Below are positions 12,199-25,110 of a stretch of DNA of 47,067 nucleotides, piece by piece. A model generated the notes under the pieces. It was not told the DNA's origin. It did no database searches and saw only the letters and a list, made by a program, of their open reading frames with translations. Numbering within the stretch: position 1 is the stretch's first letter; each line of letters starts with the position of its first letter. The position numbers and the translations under genes are program-made. Location: contig NC_068997.1 of assembly GCF_001194135.2 (NCBI RefSeq), forward strand, positions 32,513,043 to 32,560,109, read 5' to 3'. The stretch is from Octopus bimaculoides. Its lineage: Eukaryota.

Positions 12199-13466
12199 TT
12201 GAGTTGGCAAGGAAGTAATTTCGTTTTTCGTAATTAGAGTTACGATTTTTTTGAATGACTTTTGTCAATGTAATGATTTTTTCCGTTTGACATTTGATAA
12301 CCACTACTTTTAGCTTACTTTAGAAGCAAATTGCGCGTAATTTTCTTTACAGCTATTAGTTCAAAGTCAATTTTAACATGGAATGCAAAAACGAACATTT
12401 TCGCCATATTTTGCTTTTTTATATCCGTAAAGGCAAGAAAACTGCTGAGGCTCACAGAGAGATATGTGAAGTTTATGGTGTTGATTGCTTAAAAGAATGC
12501 ACATGTCAGAAATGGTTTAAAAAATTCCGTTCTAGAGATTCTTCACTCAAAGATGACCAACGTTCTGGTCGGCCTACTGAAGTTGATGATAACCGAATCA
12601 AGGCCATAATTGAATTTGATTGTCATATAACTGTGCGAGAGATTTTAGAGAGGTTAAATGTATCACACACAACAATTGAAAATCACTTAAAATGTCTTGC
12701 ACTTGTTAAGAACCTCGATATTTGGGTTCCACAGAAATTGAAAGAGATTCACTTAACACAATGATTCAATACTTGCGATATGCATCTCAAACGCAATGAA
12801 ATCGACCTTCTTTTAAACGAATCATCACCGGTGATGAAAAATGGATTGTCTACAATTAGACCAATCGGAAACGATCATGGTCCAAGCGTAATGAACCAGC
12901 ACAAACCACGAGGAAAGCTGAATTATATCAAAACAAAGGTCATGCTGTCAATTTGGTGGGATTACAAAGGTGTTGTGTATTTTGAGCTGCTTCCAAGGAA
13001 CCCAAACGATCAATTCAGATGTTTACTGTTAACAACTAATGAAACTGGAGGAAGCAATCAAAGAAAAACGGTCAGAATTGGCAAATCGTAAAGGAATCAT
13101 GTTCCACTATGACAACGCTAGACCACATACGTCTTTGTTGACTCGTGAATACTTATTGGTGTTTGGTTGGGAAGTGATGTCACATCCACCAAACAGCCCT
13201 GACCATTTATTTCGAAGTTTGCAAAATCCTTTGAATGGCGAAACTTTCAATAATGATGATGACCTTAAATCGCACTTGCTTCAGTTTTTGGCTGATAAGG
13301 GTCAGAAATACTAAGAGCGTGGAAACATGAAGATGCAAGAAAGATGGCAAATGGTCACCGAGCAAAATGGAAAATATATAACTGATTAAAGTAATTCTTT
13401 GCATGAAAAAATAAATGACTTTTATTTCACACTAAAAAAATTGAAATTACTTTCTTACCATCCCAG
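12199..13466 (+). mobile_element. Full-length decayed mariner (DD34D type) transposon
   Basis: TA at 12197-98 and 13467-68; ~25-bp TIRs TTGAGTTGGCAAGGAAGTAATTTCG / TGAAATTACTTTCTTACCATCCCAG; transposase pieces MECKNEHFRH, RSGRP, WVPQKL, HYDNARPH, HPPNSPD-HLFRSL (the LAPSDY motif with the third Asp is deleted). Confidence 0.95.
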
Positions 13467-13959
13467 TAGTATGTTGACGCGCTGCATAAGTTGTCTGCAT
13501 AAGCGTGTGCTTGTGGTGTGTCTGTGTGTGTGTGTGTGTATACATACACACACGCACACAAACACACTACAAGTGCATGGTTATGAAGACAACTACGCTC
13601 ATGCAATGACTCAACAAGAGACACGCGATGTCAGTCAATCTGTTAGAAAAGAGTAACCGCATCTCCTTCAAACCACACCCTACTCTATTCTCTATATTTA
13701 TATCTATGAACCAATGAGGGAGGTCTTTACACGATATCTGCAAGTGCTAGAAACAGCAACAAAATCTCACTCAAATCAGAAACTACTGTCGCAGGAAAGA
13801 ATACTTTGCTAGTGTGGATGTAGGGTTCTCAGTGCATAGGAAAAATACAGGATGAGCATGACCGGAATACCTTTCATTAAATGTTTGCTCCATATGTTTG
13901 GTGGTTAAACTACAAGAAGATATAGCAACACGTACACAACACGCATGCAAATGCATGCC

Positions 13960-14051
13960 TGCATACATACATAAATACATACATACATACATGCATACAT
14001 ACATACATACATAAATACATACATACATACATACATACATACATACATGCA

Positions 14052-14085
<34 letters not shown>

Positions 14086-14120
14086 CATACATACATACAT
14101 ACATACATGCATACATACCA
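13960..14120. repeat. (CATA)n microsatellite
   Basis: Direct inspection. Confidence 0.96.
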
Positions 14121-14835
14121 AGGGCGAATCGTTGCAAGCAAATGAAAAAGCCACGTACGTATCTTCTCTCGAACTGTCTCTCATAAAAATGACAGATTTG
14201 TTTTTCTTATTAAAATCTGATTTGTTATTAACAATTTATTTCTTCAGAGAAGAATATCTTATGCAAGCGGTATTTGCATTGCATTCATGTATGACACGCT
14301 GCAAATGTATATGTACATATAAGTGTGTATGGTACTGTGTCCATGTATGTAAGTTGGGGGTACGGGTAAATATGTCCACGTATACATACACACGCACATA
14401 CACACTTTGGAGCAGGTGTGACAGTATGATTAAGAAGTTTACTTCGAACCATCTGCATATCCTACCAAAATAATAAAGGCAGCCCAGGCGATGTAACTAT
14501 AGAAATTGATAATATTGAAGAGAGGAAGATACAGTGGAAGTATTTGAATGATTGAGTCGCGGGTGTGCAGCAAAAGTTTCGACACATCCCCATATAGATG
14601 GGAAGGGTTTTTTGTAGTTTTTGCAAGATTTTACATAACTATAAGGACCCTTCCGCTATGAAATTGCAATATATGTACATTCGTCGTACGGTTGTGATCA
14701 AGAATAACAGTAATGTTTTAGCAACTTTAATTTTAAAAAAGCATATTACTCTACCTTCGGTATTCGAGTACTATTATTTCTATCTTTTTTTTGCATTTAT
14801 GTGCTTACTCGTGTGTGTGTGTGTGTGTGTGTGTG

Positions 14836-15050
14836 TCCATGGCATCCGTCGGTCTTGAAAGACCATAGATTTGCACCTGTGTCAACTGCTGATGGTGGTG
14901 TATCGTCTGCTGTCGCTGTACAGGCCCACAAAGAATGGAAGTCTTGGATGCAGCGACTCCATCCGAAGATGCTCTTCGACTTTTCTGCGTTTTCCTTTCT
15001 TAGAACGCGCCTTTTCCTTCGGTGGCAAGTTTCAGTTTCTCTTCCTCTTG
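14836..15050 (-). mobile_element. 3' end of an RTE-like LINE
   Basis: Minus strand reads GLYSDSR...SMVFQDRRMP and runs into a (CA)n tail, resembling RTE C-terminal/3' ends (recall-based). Confidence 0.5.
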
Positions 15051-15104
15051 TTCCATCCCTTAAATCCCGTTCTGTCTGTCTGTTTTTTGTGCGCTTATAA
15101 CTCG

Positions 15105-16620
15105 AGTATTATTATTAGACATTGCGAAGCAAAGTCGCACTGGGAATTGTGTTTGTTTGAACTCATATGCATGTCTGTTGGTTTGTTTGGAATTCGTGGA
15201 ATGAAAACCTCTTCCCCAGAGGCGCATCCAGTGATGATGGTAGCTTCTGTTACATTAGGTGGTAATTTCTTCACAATCAACCTTGTCCCATTGCATAATT
15301 TAGGAGGATCTAAATTTCTTAGAATCATTATTAAGACTCCTACTTTCAGAAGAAGTTTATGCGGAGGAGTTCCAGGTGGCTCAAGAGAATTAAGGAACAC
15401 TGTTGTGTAATAGGTAGCTTGATTTTCATCAAAGATTGAATCAACTGACTTGTACTCCTTAATGACTGTTGGAATCTTATGCTACTGACTCATTTTTTGG
15501 AGCAAGATTTGCCCTTTCACGCAACCATTAATGTGAAGTATAATTATTATTTAAGTCTAGAAATACCCCGTTCTTCAATTCAGCTGGGGAATTCACCATG
15601 ATAGCAATATGAGCCAAATTGATATTACCATTCCCATCAAATGATATTTTCCCATTTCCTAATTGGAGGAGCCAGGTTGAAAACTCTTCTGCACATTGGT
15701 CACCATGTAATAAAGCTCGTATGTTAGTATTGAAGGAGAATTTCTGTATTTTATTCCATACATGTTAAGACTTAATGCATGCTTTTATTTCATCAGATCT
15801 TGTTCGTCTCGGAATGACTGGTAATGTCTGTCTGAAGTCTCCTGATAAAACTAATGTAACTCCTCCCCTAGATTTATTGTTGCCTCTTATGTCCTTCTCT
15901 TATAATATTGCTACCAAAGGAGGTCATTTGGGAAGCAGAATTATAATTTCTAATGTTTTTCAAGAAGTGCATGCTCCTTGATGTATTTCCCAAAAGCAAT
16001 GCCTTCAAAATATCTGTGGGTGTACCAAACGTCGGTAAAACAACCGCAACACATAGTGGTGTTTCTCTTTCCAATCCCTTTACTTTAAAAAACTGCACTC
16101 TTTTGACATTGTTCCAACGTCAATCAATTTCTCTGTAGAATAATCATGTTTTGGATCATAATTGAAAGCTGATCTTTTCCAAGTCTCCTTAAAAGGTGCA
16201 ACTCTTTTGTCAAACGCATTCAGCCTATCTTGATCAAGACGCTTAGGTCTCTCCTCTGAGGATTGGCGAAGTCTTGCAGCAACTGTTTGCTCCTTCTTTT
16301 TTTTTTTACTTTTTTTCTTGTCTCATCTCTCGCAGGCAGCACTGGAAGCTTGCCTTTGTCTTGCATCTTTCAAACGTTTTTTCTCTTTCTTTTTTAACAC
16401 TTGGCTCCTGCGGGTTGTATTTTGTTGACGTAATTGTTCTAGCCCTTTTCCCCTTGCTTCTTGTGACTCATTGACCCTGCATGCAGCAGCTCTTCGGTCG
16501 TTTTCCTGTGTTTGCTGTCGCTGTGCAGGGGTCTCTCGTGACCTTACTCTGGCTACCGGCACTCGTCTTTGCTTCACTGTAGAATACTGATCATCGCATG
16601 TACCCTGTCTCCTGTTGTAG
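15105..16620 (-). mobile_element. Internally deleted, decayed Helitron (RepHel pseudogene)
   Basis: N-terminal AFNYDP and HFLKNIRNYNSASQMTSFG fused at ~15893 to PIF1 helicase SGDFRQTLPVIP...FLNSLEPPGTPPHKLLLKVG..ILRNLDPPKLCNGTRL...QFPVRLCFAM. Confidence 0.9.
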
Positions 16621-16751
16621 AGAGTGAGAACATTTTTCTCGGAAACTTTTTTGAAAATGAAAATGATTAAATGAAAACATGAGTGAAAGTTACGTGAATA
16701 TCTTCACACGAGTGATTGAAATAAATGGCGATAGTGGAACACTGCACGCAC

Positions 16752-16755
16752 GCAT

Positions 16756-16848
<93 letters not shown>
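16752..16848. repeat. (CA)n microsatellite
   Basis: Direct inspection. Confidence 0.98.
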
Positions 16849-16849
<1 letters not shown>

Positions 16850-17423
16850 TCTTAAGCAATGAAGTTTTAAAAGAAAAAAGTTATGCGTTTGTTTCTCAAA
16901 TTTGAGGGTGATAATATAAGTTCTATACTTTTTTATGAATATAGTTCTATAAGGGGACTTTAATATATGTCACCGGTATCATTGAGGTAAGGAAAAAATT
17001 ATCAACGACACCGCTAATTTGTAATTAGTTTAATTACGTCACCTGTATTAATTAATGCAAGTGTATCATGTAATCAAAGTCCTGTAATATTTGAGACGAG
17101 AAACAGAATCGTTGTAGTTTACATTGACAGGAATTTCTGCTTTTAACTCTTCTCAAAGAATCATTCAACTACGGTAGTAGTTAAATAATATTCTTAAGAC
17201 AGCAATTTATTCACACGCAGCATCTTTCAGAGCTTTGTCGCTAATTCAGTTCTTAACCAAATTGAAAACTGTTAATATTTTTGAAGAGGACTGGTCCCAG
17301 TAAGTAACGCCTCCAATCAATTTATCTAACCTTAAATGATAGAAGAAAGCATAAGGTAAAATCTTAAATTATTAATTGACATATTATTAATTAGCATAAT
17401 ACCATTGCCTGGAAAAAACATAG

Positions 17424-18270
17424 ATTACATGGAAACATGCGATCAAGAGAAATAATATTCTTAAGATTATAAATCTGGAAAAGTACAGGACAAGTTATTA
17501 CACTTGGAAAAATTCGGGACAAGTTATTACATCTGGTAAAGTACAGAACAAGAAAAGTTTTACTTAGGATATTGCAGCTAAGGATAAAATTTGAATACTA
17601 AAAATAATTTGATTTTAAATTACAAAGTAACAATATAATTAAAAAAAGGTACCATCATTTTGTTAAAATATTGACATACTAGAATACTTAAAAAATGAGA
17701 GCCAGAAATACCAAAATAGCTGAAGTTTTATGCAAAGTAGGATAGTATAAATGGAAGGCAAATTCATTATGTAAAAAATAGGCATTGGGTCAAGACTAAA
17801 AATGTGAAGACTTAGCAATAACTTGGGAAATAATTCAAGCAAATTTTACTGTGAATTTGTTGTTATAGGTAGATATTAATGTAATATATAACTAATTTTT
17901 GCATTATTTTATTGATTGTACTAACTAATTATGTACTACTATTATTTTTTTATAATCTATTTACAACTTTCTAATTAATAATTGAAAGAATTAATTTTTT
18001 AAAGTGCAAAAAATATTTTGAATTATTTATTATTTTTAATAGAAGTAACAAGTAATAACAAATAAAAGTAATAACTTGTAATAAGATTCTTAGTTTTAAT
18101 AAAAGCTAATATTTTCTAAATCTAAATATTTTATTTGAAATCTTATCCTTAGCTGCAATATCTTAAGTAAGAAGTTTCTTATTCTGTATTTTACCAGATG
18201 TAATAAGTCATTCTGAACTTTTCCAGATTTATAATCTTAAGAATATTTCTCTTGCTCGCATTTTACCATG

Positions 18271-18274
<4 letters not shown>
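17424..18274. mobile_element. Non-autonomous element / MITE with ~150-170 bp terminal inverted repeats
   Basis: 17424-17592 is the reverse complement (with an extra ~30-bp subrepeat) of 18133-18274; termini ATTACATGG / CCATGTAAT; AT-rich non-coding interior. Confidence 0.8.
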
Positions 18275-18309
<35 letters not shown>

Positions 18310-18630
18310 TATATGTATATGTATTTACGTGTGTGCATGTATGTATGTTTAGTGTTGACTGTCGGAAAAATACTGTTCACTACCATGTATGTTATTAATC
18401 GGTAGAGATTAATAATATATATTTTACTTGGGTTTTGCGCACCCACAGGTGAAACTCAGTGTGGTGAGCAGAGGATCATGTGGCTGTGTAGAAGCGTGTC
18501 TGTATTTCTATGCATATGTATATACACGCGCGCGCGCGCGTTTATAAGTATGTACGTATGTGTGCATGTATGTAGTGTGGGTATTTGTGGTTTGCTATGT
18601 ATGTTGAGCGCAGAACGTGAGTAAGAGAGG

Positions 18631-18663
<33 letters not shown>

Positions 18664-19562
18664 TGATAGTGAGAAAGAGAGAAGGGGAGAAAGAATGGAT
18701 GCACAAAACAATATCCAAGTGTGTTTTGATTTTGTTGTTCTTTTTAAACTATAAACGGCAGAACATAGCATTATATATATAAATATATATATTCGTTAAT
18801 GTAATTCAAGCCAAAATGTTACGAATAAAGCCTCTAATAAAAGTGAGAGAGGTTGCTAAGCAACGTAGAGAAGGATGTTAGCGAAACAAAATATGAAGTT
18901 GTCGTACTTTGTTCCGTACAAATTCGGCAACTTCACATTAAAATGTCACCAAGTGCGTAAAACAAAACACAGCAAAAATAAATATACAGATAAATAAAAA
19001 TGACAATAAAAAATTGAGTAAAAATCTGCTGACATTCTCTATGTCGACAAATTGCAGTATTATAGCAGCTAATTGATGTAGTGATGCTACTTATTTGAAG
19101 ATAAAACATTCGGCGAGGGTTCTAATTTGGTTGTTTGATCTGCTGGAAATAGCAGCCAAATCTCCCTTAATCTACGCCTAACCGATTTGAAAAGGGGTTG
19201 ATACAAACAAGAATCTAGTCCTAGATATGCAACATTCAAAATAATTTATTAGTGGTGGTGGTGGTGTTGGTGGTGGTGGTGGTGGTGGAAGGCAGTAGCT
19301 GCAACGTCTTTGATCATCTCTCGGCGAAGTTAGGGCTGACCTCTGGACTTAAAAACAACGACGAAGAAAACGACGGCCGTAGTTGAGACGGTGGTGATTG
19401 TAGAGCGGCGATGGTTGCAGGGGCGGTACTGGTGGTAGAGGTAAAGATATAAGTAGAGATGGTGGCGGTAGAAGAGGCGTCGGAGCGAGCAAAAGCTGCG
19501 GCGGCAACAACAAAAAACCTTTACAATTGGAATTAATATTATAAGTTAATGCGAAAAGCAGC

Positions 19563-19765
19563 TAGCCGGCAGAATCGTTATCACGCCGCGAGAAATGCTT
19601 AGCGGTGTTTCGTCTAACTTTACGTTCTGAGTTCAAATTCAGCCGGAGTCGACTTTGCATTTCATCCTTTCGAGGTCGACAAGATAAGTACCAGTTGAAC
19701 ATTGGAGTTGACGTAATCGACTTAACCCCGAATTTGTTGGCCTTGTACCAAAATTTGAAACTAAA
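19563..19765 (+). mobile_element. SINE family A
   Basis: GGCAGAATCGTTA...GAGTTCAAATTC...GTCGACTTTGC..TTTCATCCTTTCGAGGTCGAC. Confidence 0.85.
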
Positions 19766-20019
19766 TTGTTCGAGACGAAATCGTCAGTGTTCCAGAGGGT
19801 ATGTTGTGGCGTTCATGCCTTTACAAATGTGTAACATAAGGACAAATCATGTAGTTCACTAATATTACACTGATATTTTATTTTTATTGATTTCAGTCCT
19901 TGGGCATCAAAGTTTCATCGATCGCATCGATCCCCCAGTGCTTATTTGAGGCTGGTACTTATTCTATCGATCTCTTTTTATCGAATCAGAAATAAGTTTG
20001 ATCAATAACTGCAGAACCA

Positions 20020-20230
20020 TAAAGTTGAAATTCTAATCAGATCTATACGAAAGGCAGTATTAGAAAGTTATTCAAAAGGTCAATGGTGACCTGTTCTCCA
20101 GAAAGAACTGTAGAGGGAGAGACAGAACCTTCTTGGCATAGGAATTGTGACCAATGTTGGCGAAGTATAACATCCGCATCTTTGGTTTTTCATGACTCTT
20201 TGGTGTTAGGTTGCATGGTTTATTTTATAC
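20020..20230 (-). mobile_element. Possible PLE remnant (RT-to-GIY-YIG linker)
   Basis: Minus strand VILRQHWSQFL and TAFR motifs only; very decayed. Confidence 0.3.
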
Positions 20231-20327
20231 AATATGGTATATGGTGAAAAGCATATTGCATGTGTCCTTGTATGGTGAATATAGTGTTAAATACGATACA
20301 TCGTACTAGAAAGTGTATATCGTATAA

Positions 20328-20447
20328 CAGTGTTTATCAACCTTTTTACACTTGCGTAACCTTTAAAATAAATTACGTGTCTCAAGGAACCCCAGCACAA
20401 AAAAAAATTATATATATACACATATATATTTGCATATATATGTACTG

Positions 20448-20523
<76 letters not shown>

Positions 20524-20544
20524 NNNNNNNNNNNNNNNNNNNNN

Positions 20545-20597
<53 letters not shown>

Positions 20598-20836
20598 CAT
20601 AAATTACAGATATCACTAAATATATCAGCAATGATTGTTATATTTTTTTGATAACATAATAGGTTAGTTAGGATGATGTCTATATTGCAATATTACAATA
20701 ACCAATAATATGTCGTGCATATTGAGTAATATTACAATCATGAAATTAGCATGAGCTTATCTTACTCTTTCTCGCGGAAGTCCTAGGTACCTTTTGCGGA
20801 ACCCTTGGGTTCGGGGAAACCGGTTGAGAAACACTG
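20328..20836. mobile_element. hAT-type MITE with internal microsatellite
   Basis: TIRs CAGTGTTTATCAACC / GGTTGAGAAACACTG; 8-bp TSD TCGTATAA / TCGTATAT (7 of 8 match). Confidence 0.85.
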
Positions 20837-20914
20837 TCGTATATTATAGAGAGTTTTGTGTTGTATATCTTAGGGAGTGCTGTATGGCGTATTGTACACT
20901 GTATATTGCACGGG

Positions 20915-21034
20915 TATTGTTGTGTGATTAAGAAGCTTGCCTCCCAACCATGTGGTCTTAAGTTCAGTCCCACTGCTCGGTACCTTGGGTAATTCTCTTC
21001 TACTATAACCTCGGGTCCACCAAAGACTTGTGAT
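20915..21034 (+). mobile_element. 5' fragment of SINE family B
   Basis: Head plus CORE-like segment only. Confidence 0.75.
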
Positions 21035-21199
21035 GGTTGTAAAACAGGCATGTTTTTCGTTTCTAGTCTTCCGTAGAAAATGGTCACGAGAAATATTACC
21101 TTACTTGAAAATAAATGAAGGTTGGCGACAAGAATGGTATCTGGCCGTAGGAAATCTGCCTCAAAAGATTACATTTGACCCACGCAAACATGGGAAGAA

Positions 21200-21542
21200 G
21201 ACGTGGCTGTGTGGTAAGAAGCTTGCTTTCCAACCACATGGTTTCCAGGTTTAGTGCCTGGAACCCTGGGCAAGTGTCTTCTACTAGACGGAAACTGAAA
21301 GAAGCCCGTCTCATATGTGTGTGTGTGTGTGTCTTTGTGTCTGTTCCCCCATCGCTGCTTTACAACCGGTGATGATGTGTTTACGTCCTCGTAACTTAGC
21401 AGTTCGGCAAAAGACGCCGATAAAATAAGTAATAGGCTTAAAAGATAAGTCCTGGAGTCAATTGTTTCGACTACAACTGCTCAAGGCGGTGCTCCAGCAT
21501 GGCTGCAGTTAAATGACTCAAACAAGTAAAAGAATGAAAGAA
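21200..21542 (+). mobile_element. SINE family B
   Basis: Head GTGGCTGTGTGGTAAGAAGC through tail ACAAGTAAAAGAATGAAAG. Confidence 0.88.
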
Positions 21543-21642
21543 TTAATTGAAGAAAGGAAACAATGAAAATTCTGCAGAGAATGTGAAATGGCGTATTTCG
21601 CGCTTGTGTGTTGCTGTGGCGGGTTGTATGGATTAGATTATT

Positions 21643-22080
21643 CTTTTAGTCTTTTACTTGTTTCAGTCATTTGACTGTGGCCATGCTGGAGCACCGCCTT
21701 TAGTCGAACAAATCGACCCCCAGGACTTATTCTTTTGTATGCCAAGTACTTATTCTATTGGTCTCTTTTGCCGAACCGCTAGGTAAACACACCAACATCG
21801 GTTGTAAAGCGATAGGGGTGGTGATAGGGGGCAAACACAGACACACAAATGCACACACACACACACACACATATATATATTTATATATATATATATATAT
21901 ATACGACGAGCTTCTTTCAGTTTCCGCCTACCAATCCACTCACCTTGTCAGTGGATTTGGTAAACAGAAGGCTTTGGTTGGCTGGAGGCTAGTAAAGACT
22001 TGCCGAACGTGCCTCACAGTGGTACTGAACCCGAAACTATGTGTTTAGGAAGCAAGCTTCTTACCACACAGCTACGCCTG
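21643..22080 (-). mobile_element. SINE family B, tail-to-tail with the previous copy
   Basis: Reverse complement of the family B consensus. Confidence 0.88.
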
Positions 22081-22678
22081 CGTTTATTATTATTGTATTA
22101 TTATATGCTGTATATTGTAAGAAGTATAGTGTGTTATACTGTAGACTAAATGCTGTATGGTGTATTACGCTTGGTTGAATGTTCAGCTGCAGTACAGCCA
22201 TGATCGAACAGGACTTATGATCAAAAACATTCCAACAATGACCTACCATCTGATTCTAGGTCAAGTATTGTCGGGACTACATTAGCCAAGATCTCCTTTG
22301 CTTTTAAGTTATAATTTAATTTCAAGGAGATTTGGCTACTATTTCTAGCAGATCAGGCTTCTACGTATGGGTCCTTTGGATCGTATGAGGTATACTGTAT
22401 AAATGTTGTACATCAACGTTGCCTTGTATGTAGTCAATGTATTTTATGAGGGGCTGGATTCTGTCTGCTATGTCGTACACTGTGTTTCATGGTGTTTGGC
22501 ATTTTACGGCAATGTTGTTGCTGCTGTTGTTTTTTTGTTTTTGTTGTCATTGTGTTGTTGTTGTTGTTGTGGTTCTACCAGTTATTTAAAACAATCTTTT
22601 CATATTTTGTTTATATGTTGTTCAGCAAGGAATTCTTTCGTTATATACATATATATACACATATATATATATATATAC

Positions 22679-22728
<50 letters not shown>

Positions 22729-23409
22729 NNNNNNNNNNNNNNNNNNNNNNNNNNNNNNNNNNNNNNNNNNNNNNNNNNNNNNNNNNNNNNNNNNNNNNNN
22801 NNNNNNNNNNNNNNNNNNNNNNNNNNNNNNNNNNNNNNNNNNNNNNNNNNNNNNNNNNNNNNNNNNNNNNNNNNNNNNNNNNNNNNNNNNNNNNNNNNNN
22901 NNNNNNNNNNNNNNNNNNNNNNNNNNNNNNNNNNNNNNNNNNNNNNNNNNNNNNNNNNNNNNNNNNNNNNNNNNNNNNNNNNNNNNNNNNNNNNNNNNNN
23001 NNNNNNNNNNNNNNNNNNNNNNNNNNNNNNNNNNNNNNNNNNNNNNNNNNNNNNNNNNNNNNNNNNNNNNNNNNNNNNNNNNNNNNNNNNNNNNNNNNNN
23101 NNNNNNNNNNNNNNNNNNNNNNNNNNNNNNNNNNNNNNNNNNNNNNNNNNNNNNNNNNNNNNNNNNNNNNNNNNNNNNNNNNNNNNNNNNNNNNNNNNNN
23201 NNNNNNNNNNNNNNNNNNNNNNNNNNNNNNNNNNNNNNNNNNNNNNNNNNNNNNNNNNNNNNNNNNNNNNNNNNNNNNNNNNNNNNNNNNNNNNNNNNNN
23301 NNNNNNNNNNNNNNNNNNNNNNNNNNNNNNNNNNNNNNNNNNNNNNNNNNNNNNNNNNNNNNNNNNNNNNNNNNNNNNNNNNNNNNNNNNNNNNNNNNNN
23401 NNNNNNNNA

Positions 23410-24000
23410 ACAGCAGTGGTAGTGGTGGTATTAATGGTGGTGTTGATGGCGTGATGGTATTGATGATTGTAGCTTTGATAGAGGTGATGGTAACGGTGTT
23501 GAATGTGGTATTATTGATGATAGTGGTGGAGGTGGTGGTGGTGGTGGCGGCGGCGGCGGCGGCAGCGGCGGGAACGGTGACGGTTGTGGTGGTAGTTGTG
23601 GTGGTGGGAGTGATGCCAGTAGTGATGGTGGTACCGACGGTGGTATGGTAATTTAATTTTGATTTGTTTTCACTGCATCAAATTCGGAGAAAATATCAAA
23701 CGAATGCAAATATTGATGCCGACCATAGGAATTAGCATAGAATAGTGGTGGCGACGGTGGTGCTGGTGGTGGTGTTGGTGGTGCTAACAGTGCTGCGGTG
23801 GAGGCGTCGATGGTGGTGGTGATGGTGGTGGTGTGTGTGGGGGGGAGGGTATTAATGGTGATGATGACGATGATCGTTGTGGTGGTGGTCGCAGCAGTGA
23901 AGACAGCGTGGTAATAGTGGCTGTGATAGTGGCAGCGACAGCAGTGGTAGTGGTAGCAGCGGTGATGGTGCTACCTGCGATTTTATTGTTGGTAATGGAA
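23410..24000. repeat. (GTG/GAT/GCG)n trinucleotide low-complexity region
   Basis: Direct inspection. Confidence 0.9.
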
Positions 24001-24424
24001 GCGGTTAAGATAGTGTTGACGATTTTTATGTAGAATCATAAGGCAACAGAGATATTTTTTTTCCCTTTTTTTAAATCAGTGATAGGATATTACAGAAGGC
24101 AGAAAGTGATAATGAAATGTGAAGCTAGTGTTAAAAGCATAATACAAACCGTAAACACTTTAGCTGTGCCAACAGTATTAAACGAAGGGCTCAGATTGAT
24201 CGCGCGCAACAATAAATTCCTTTCCAAACACACAATGCACCATCAAAAGTCAGATATTCACAAGATCTGAAAAACAGAAAAACATCTGCTAAAGAGAAAA
24301 CCTGTACGTAGTCGCTCGGCTTACTAGAAAAAGCAGCCAGATCTTCTTCAAAAAAATTCTAATGACATCTACTAATCTACTATTTGCAAAAACACCTTCC
24401 TTTAGTATAAAATACAATAACATA

Positions 24425-24951
24425 TTTATATTAATACGCGCGAAATTCTGTCTGTCCGTCCTGGACCCCCGAGTCTCAGTCTACATTAGCTCTACATAAA
24501 CATATTATACCCATTTTGGAATCGGGATTATCCCGGGATCGAAAATCTGCCCTACATTTGGTTCTTGAATATCCAGCATTGGGATCTGATTTAAAAGCAA
24601 TTGAGTTGCTATTTCTAGCAGGTAAATCTTGGCTGATTCGCTTTATCTTGGTTGGCGGTTGTCAGATGACGTCAGAGATGAAGGGGGAGATAAATGACAT
24701 TCACTTCGTTAATTGTGCGTCGAGATAAGAACTTTATGACAAATTGGCCAAAAGTTGGAATTCAACTTGGGACTGGATCGCGTTACAGAATTAATTCTCC
24801 TTAGCCTCTGATCAAACTCCACTAGGACATATAGTCATTATAAACATATTACAGTCATGCTGTTTAGCATTGCTTAGTTTTGGGCCGGAGGCCCACTTAG
24901 ACCTCCGAAAGGACTTATCTTAAACGTTCGCACGGAGTACGGTTTTTAAGT
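24425..24951 (+). mobile_element. Possible non-autonomous Helitron-like element
   Basis: Start TTTATATTAATACGCGCGAAATTCTGTCTGTCC resembles Helitron 5' ends followed by TCTG repeats; the 3' hairpin and CTAG are only degenerate. Confidence 0.35.
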
Positions 24952-24985
24952 TAATTACTTAATAATATAGTGTTAGATGGTCACT

Positions 24986-25039
24986 TAATCTAATAGAAAT
25001 AGGAGCCAAATCTTAAGTCTTAGGAGCCAAATCTTAAGT

Positions 25040-25077
<38 letters not shown>

Positions 25078-25110
25078 ACTTAAGATTTGGCTCCTATTTC
25101 TATTAGATTA
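24986..25110. repeat. Perfect 35-bp inverted duplication around (TA)n, plus a 21-bp tandem copy
   Basis: 24986-25020 is the reverse complement of 25076-25110; 25000-25020 is repeated at 25021-25041. Confidence 0.95.

Noticed and set aside
16945-17305. Chain of possible micro-exons (FYKGTLIYVTGIIE etc.)
   Set aside because: Needs a 47-nt intron and weak sites; no recognisable protein; expected by chance in AT-rich DNA.
23451-24033. Val/Ala-rich ORFs
   Set aside because: Products of GTG/GCG trinucleotide repeats.
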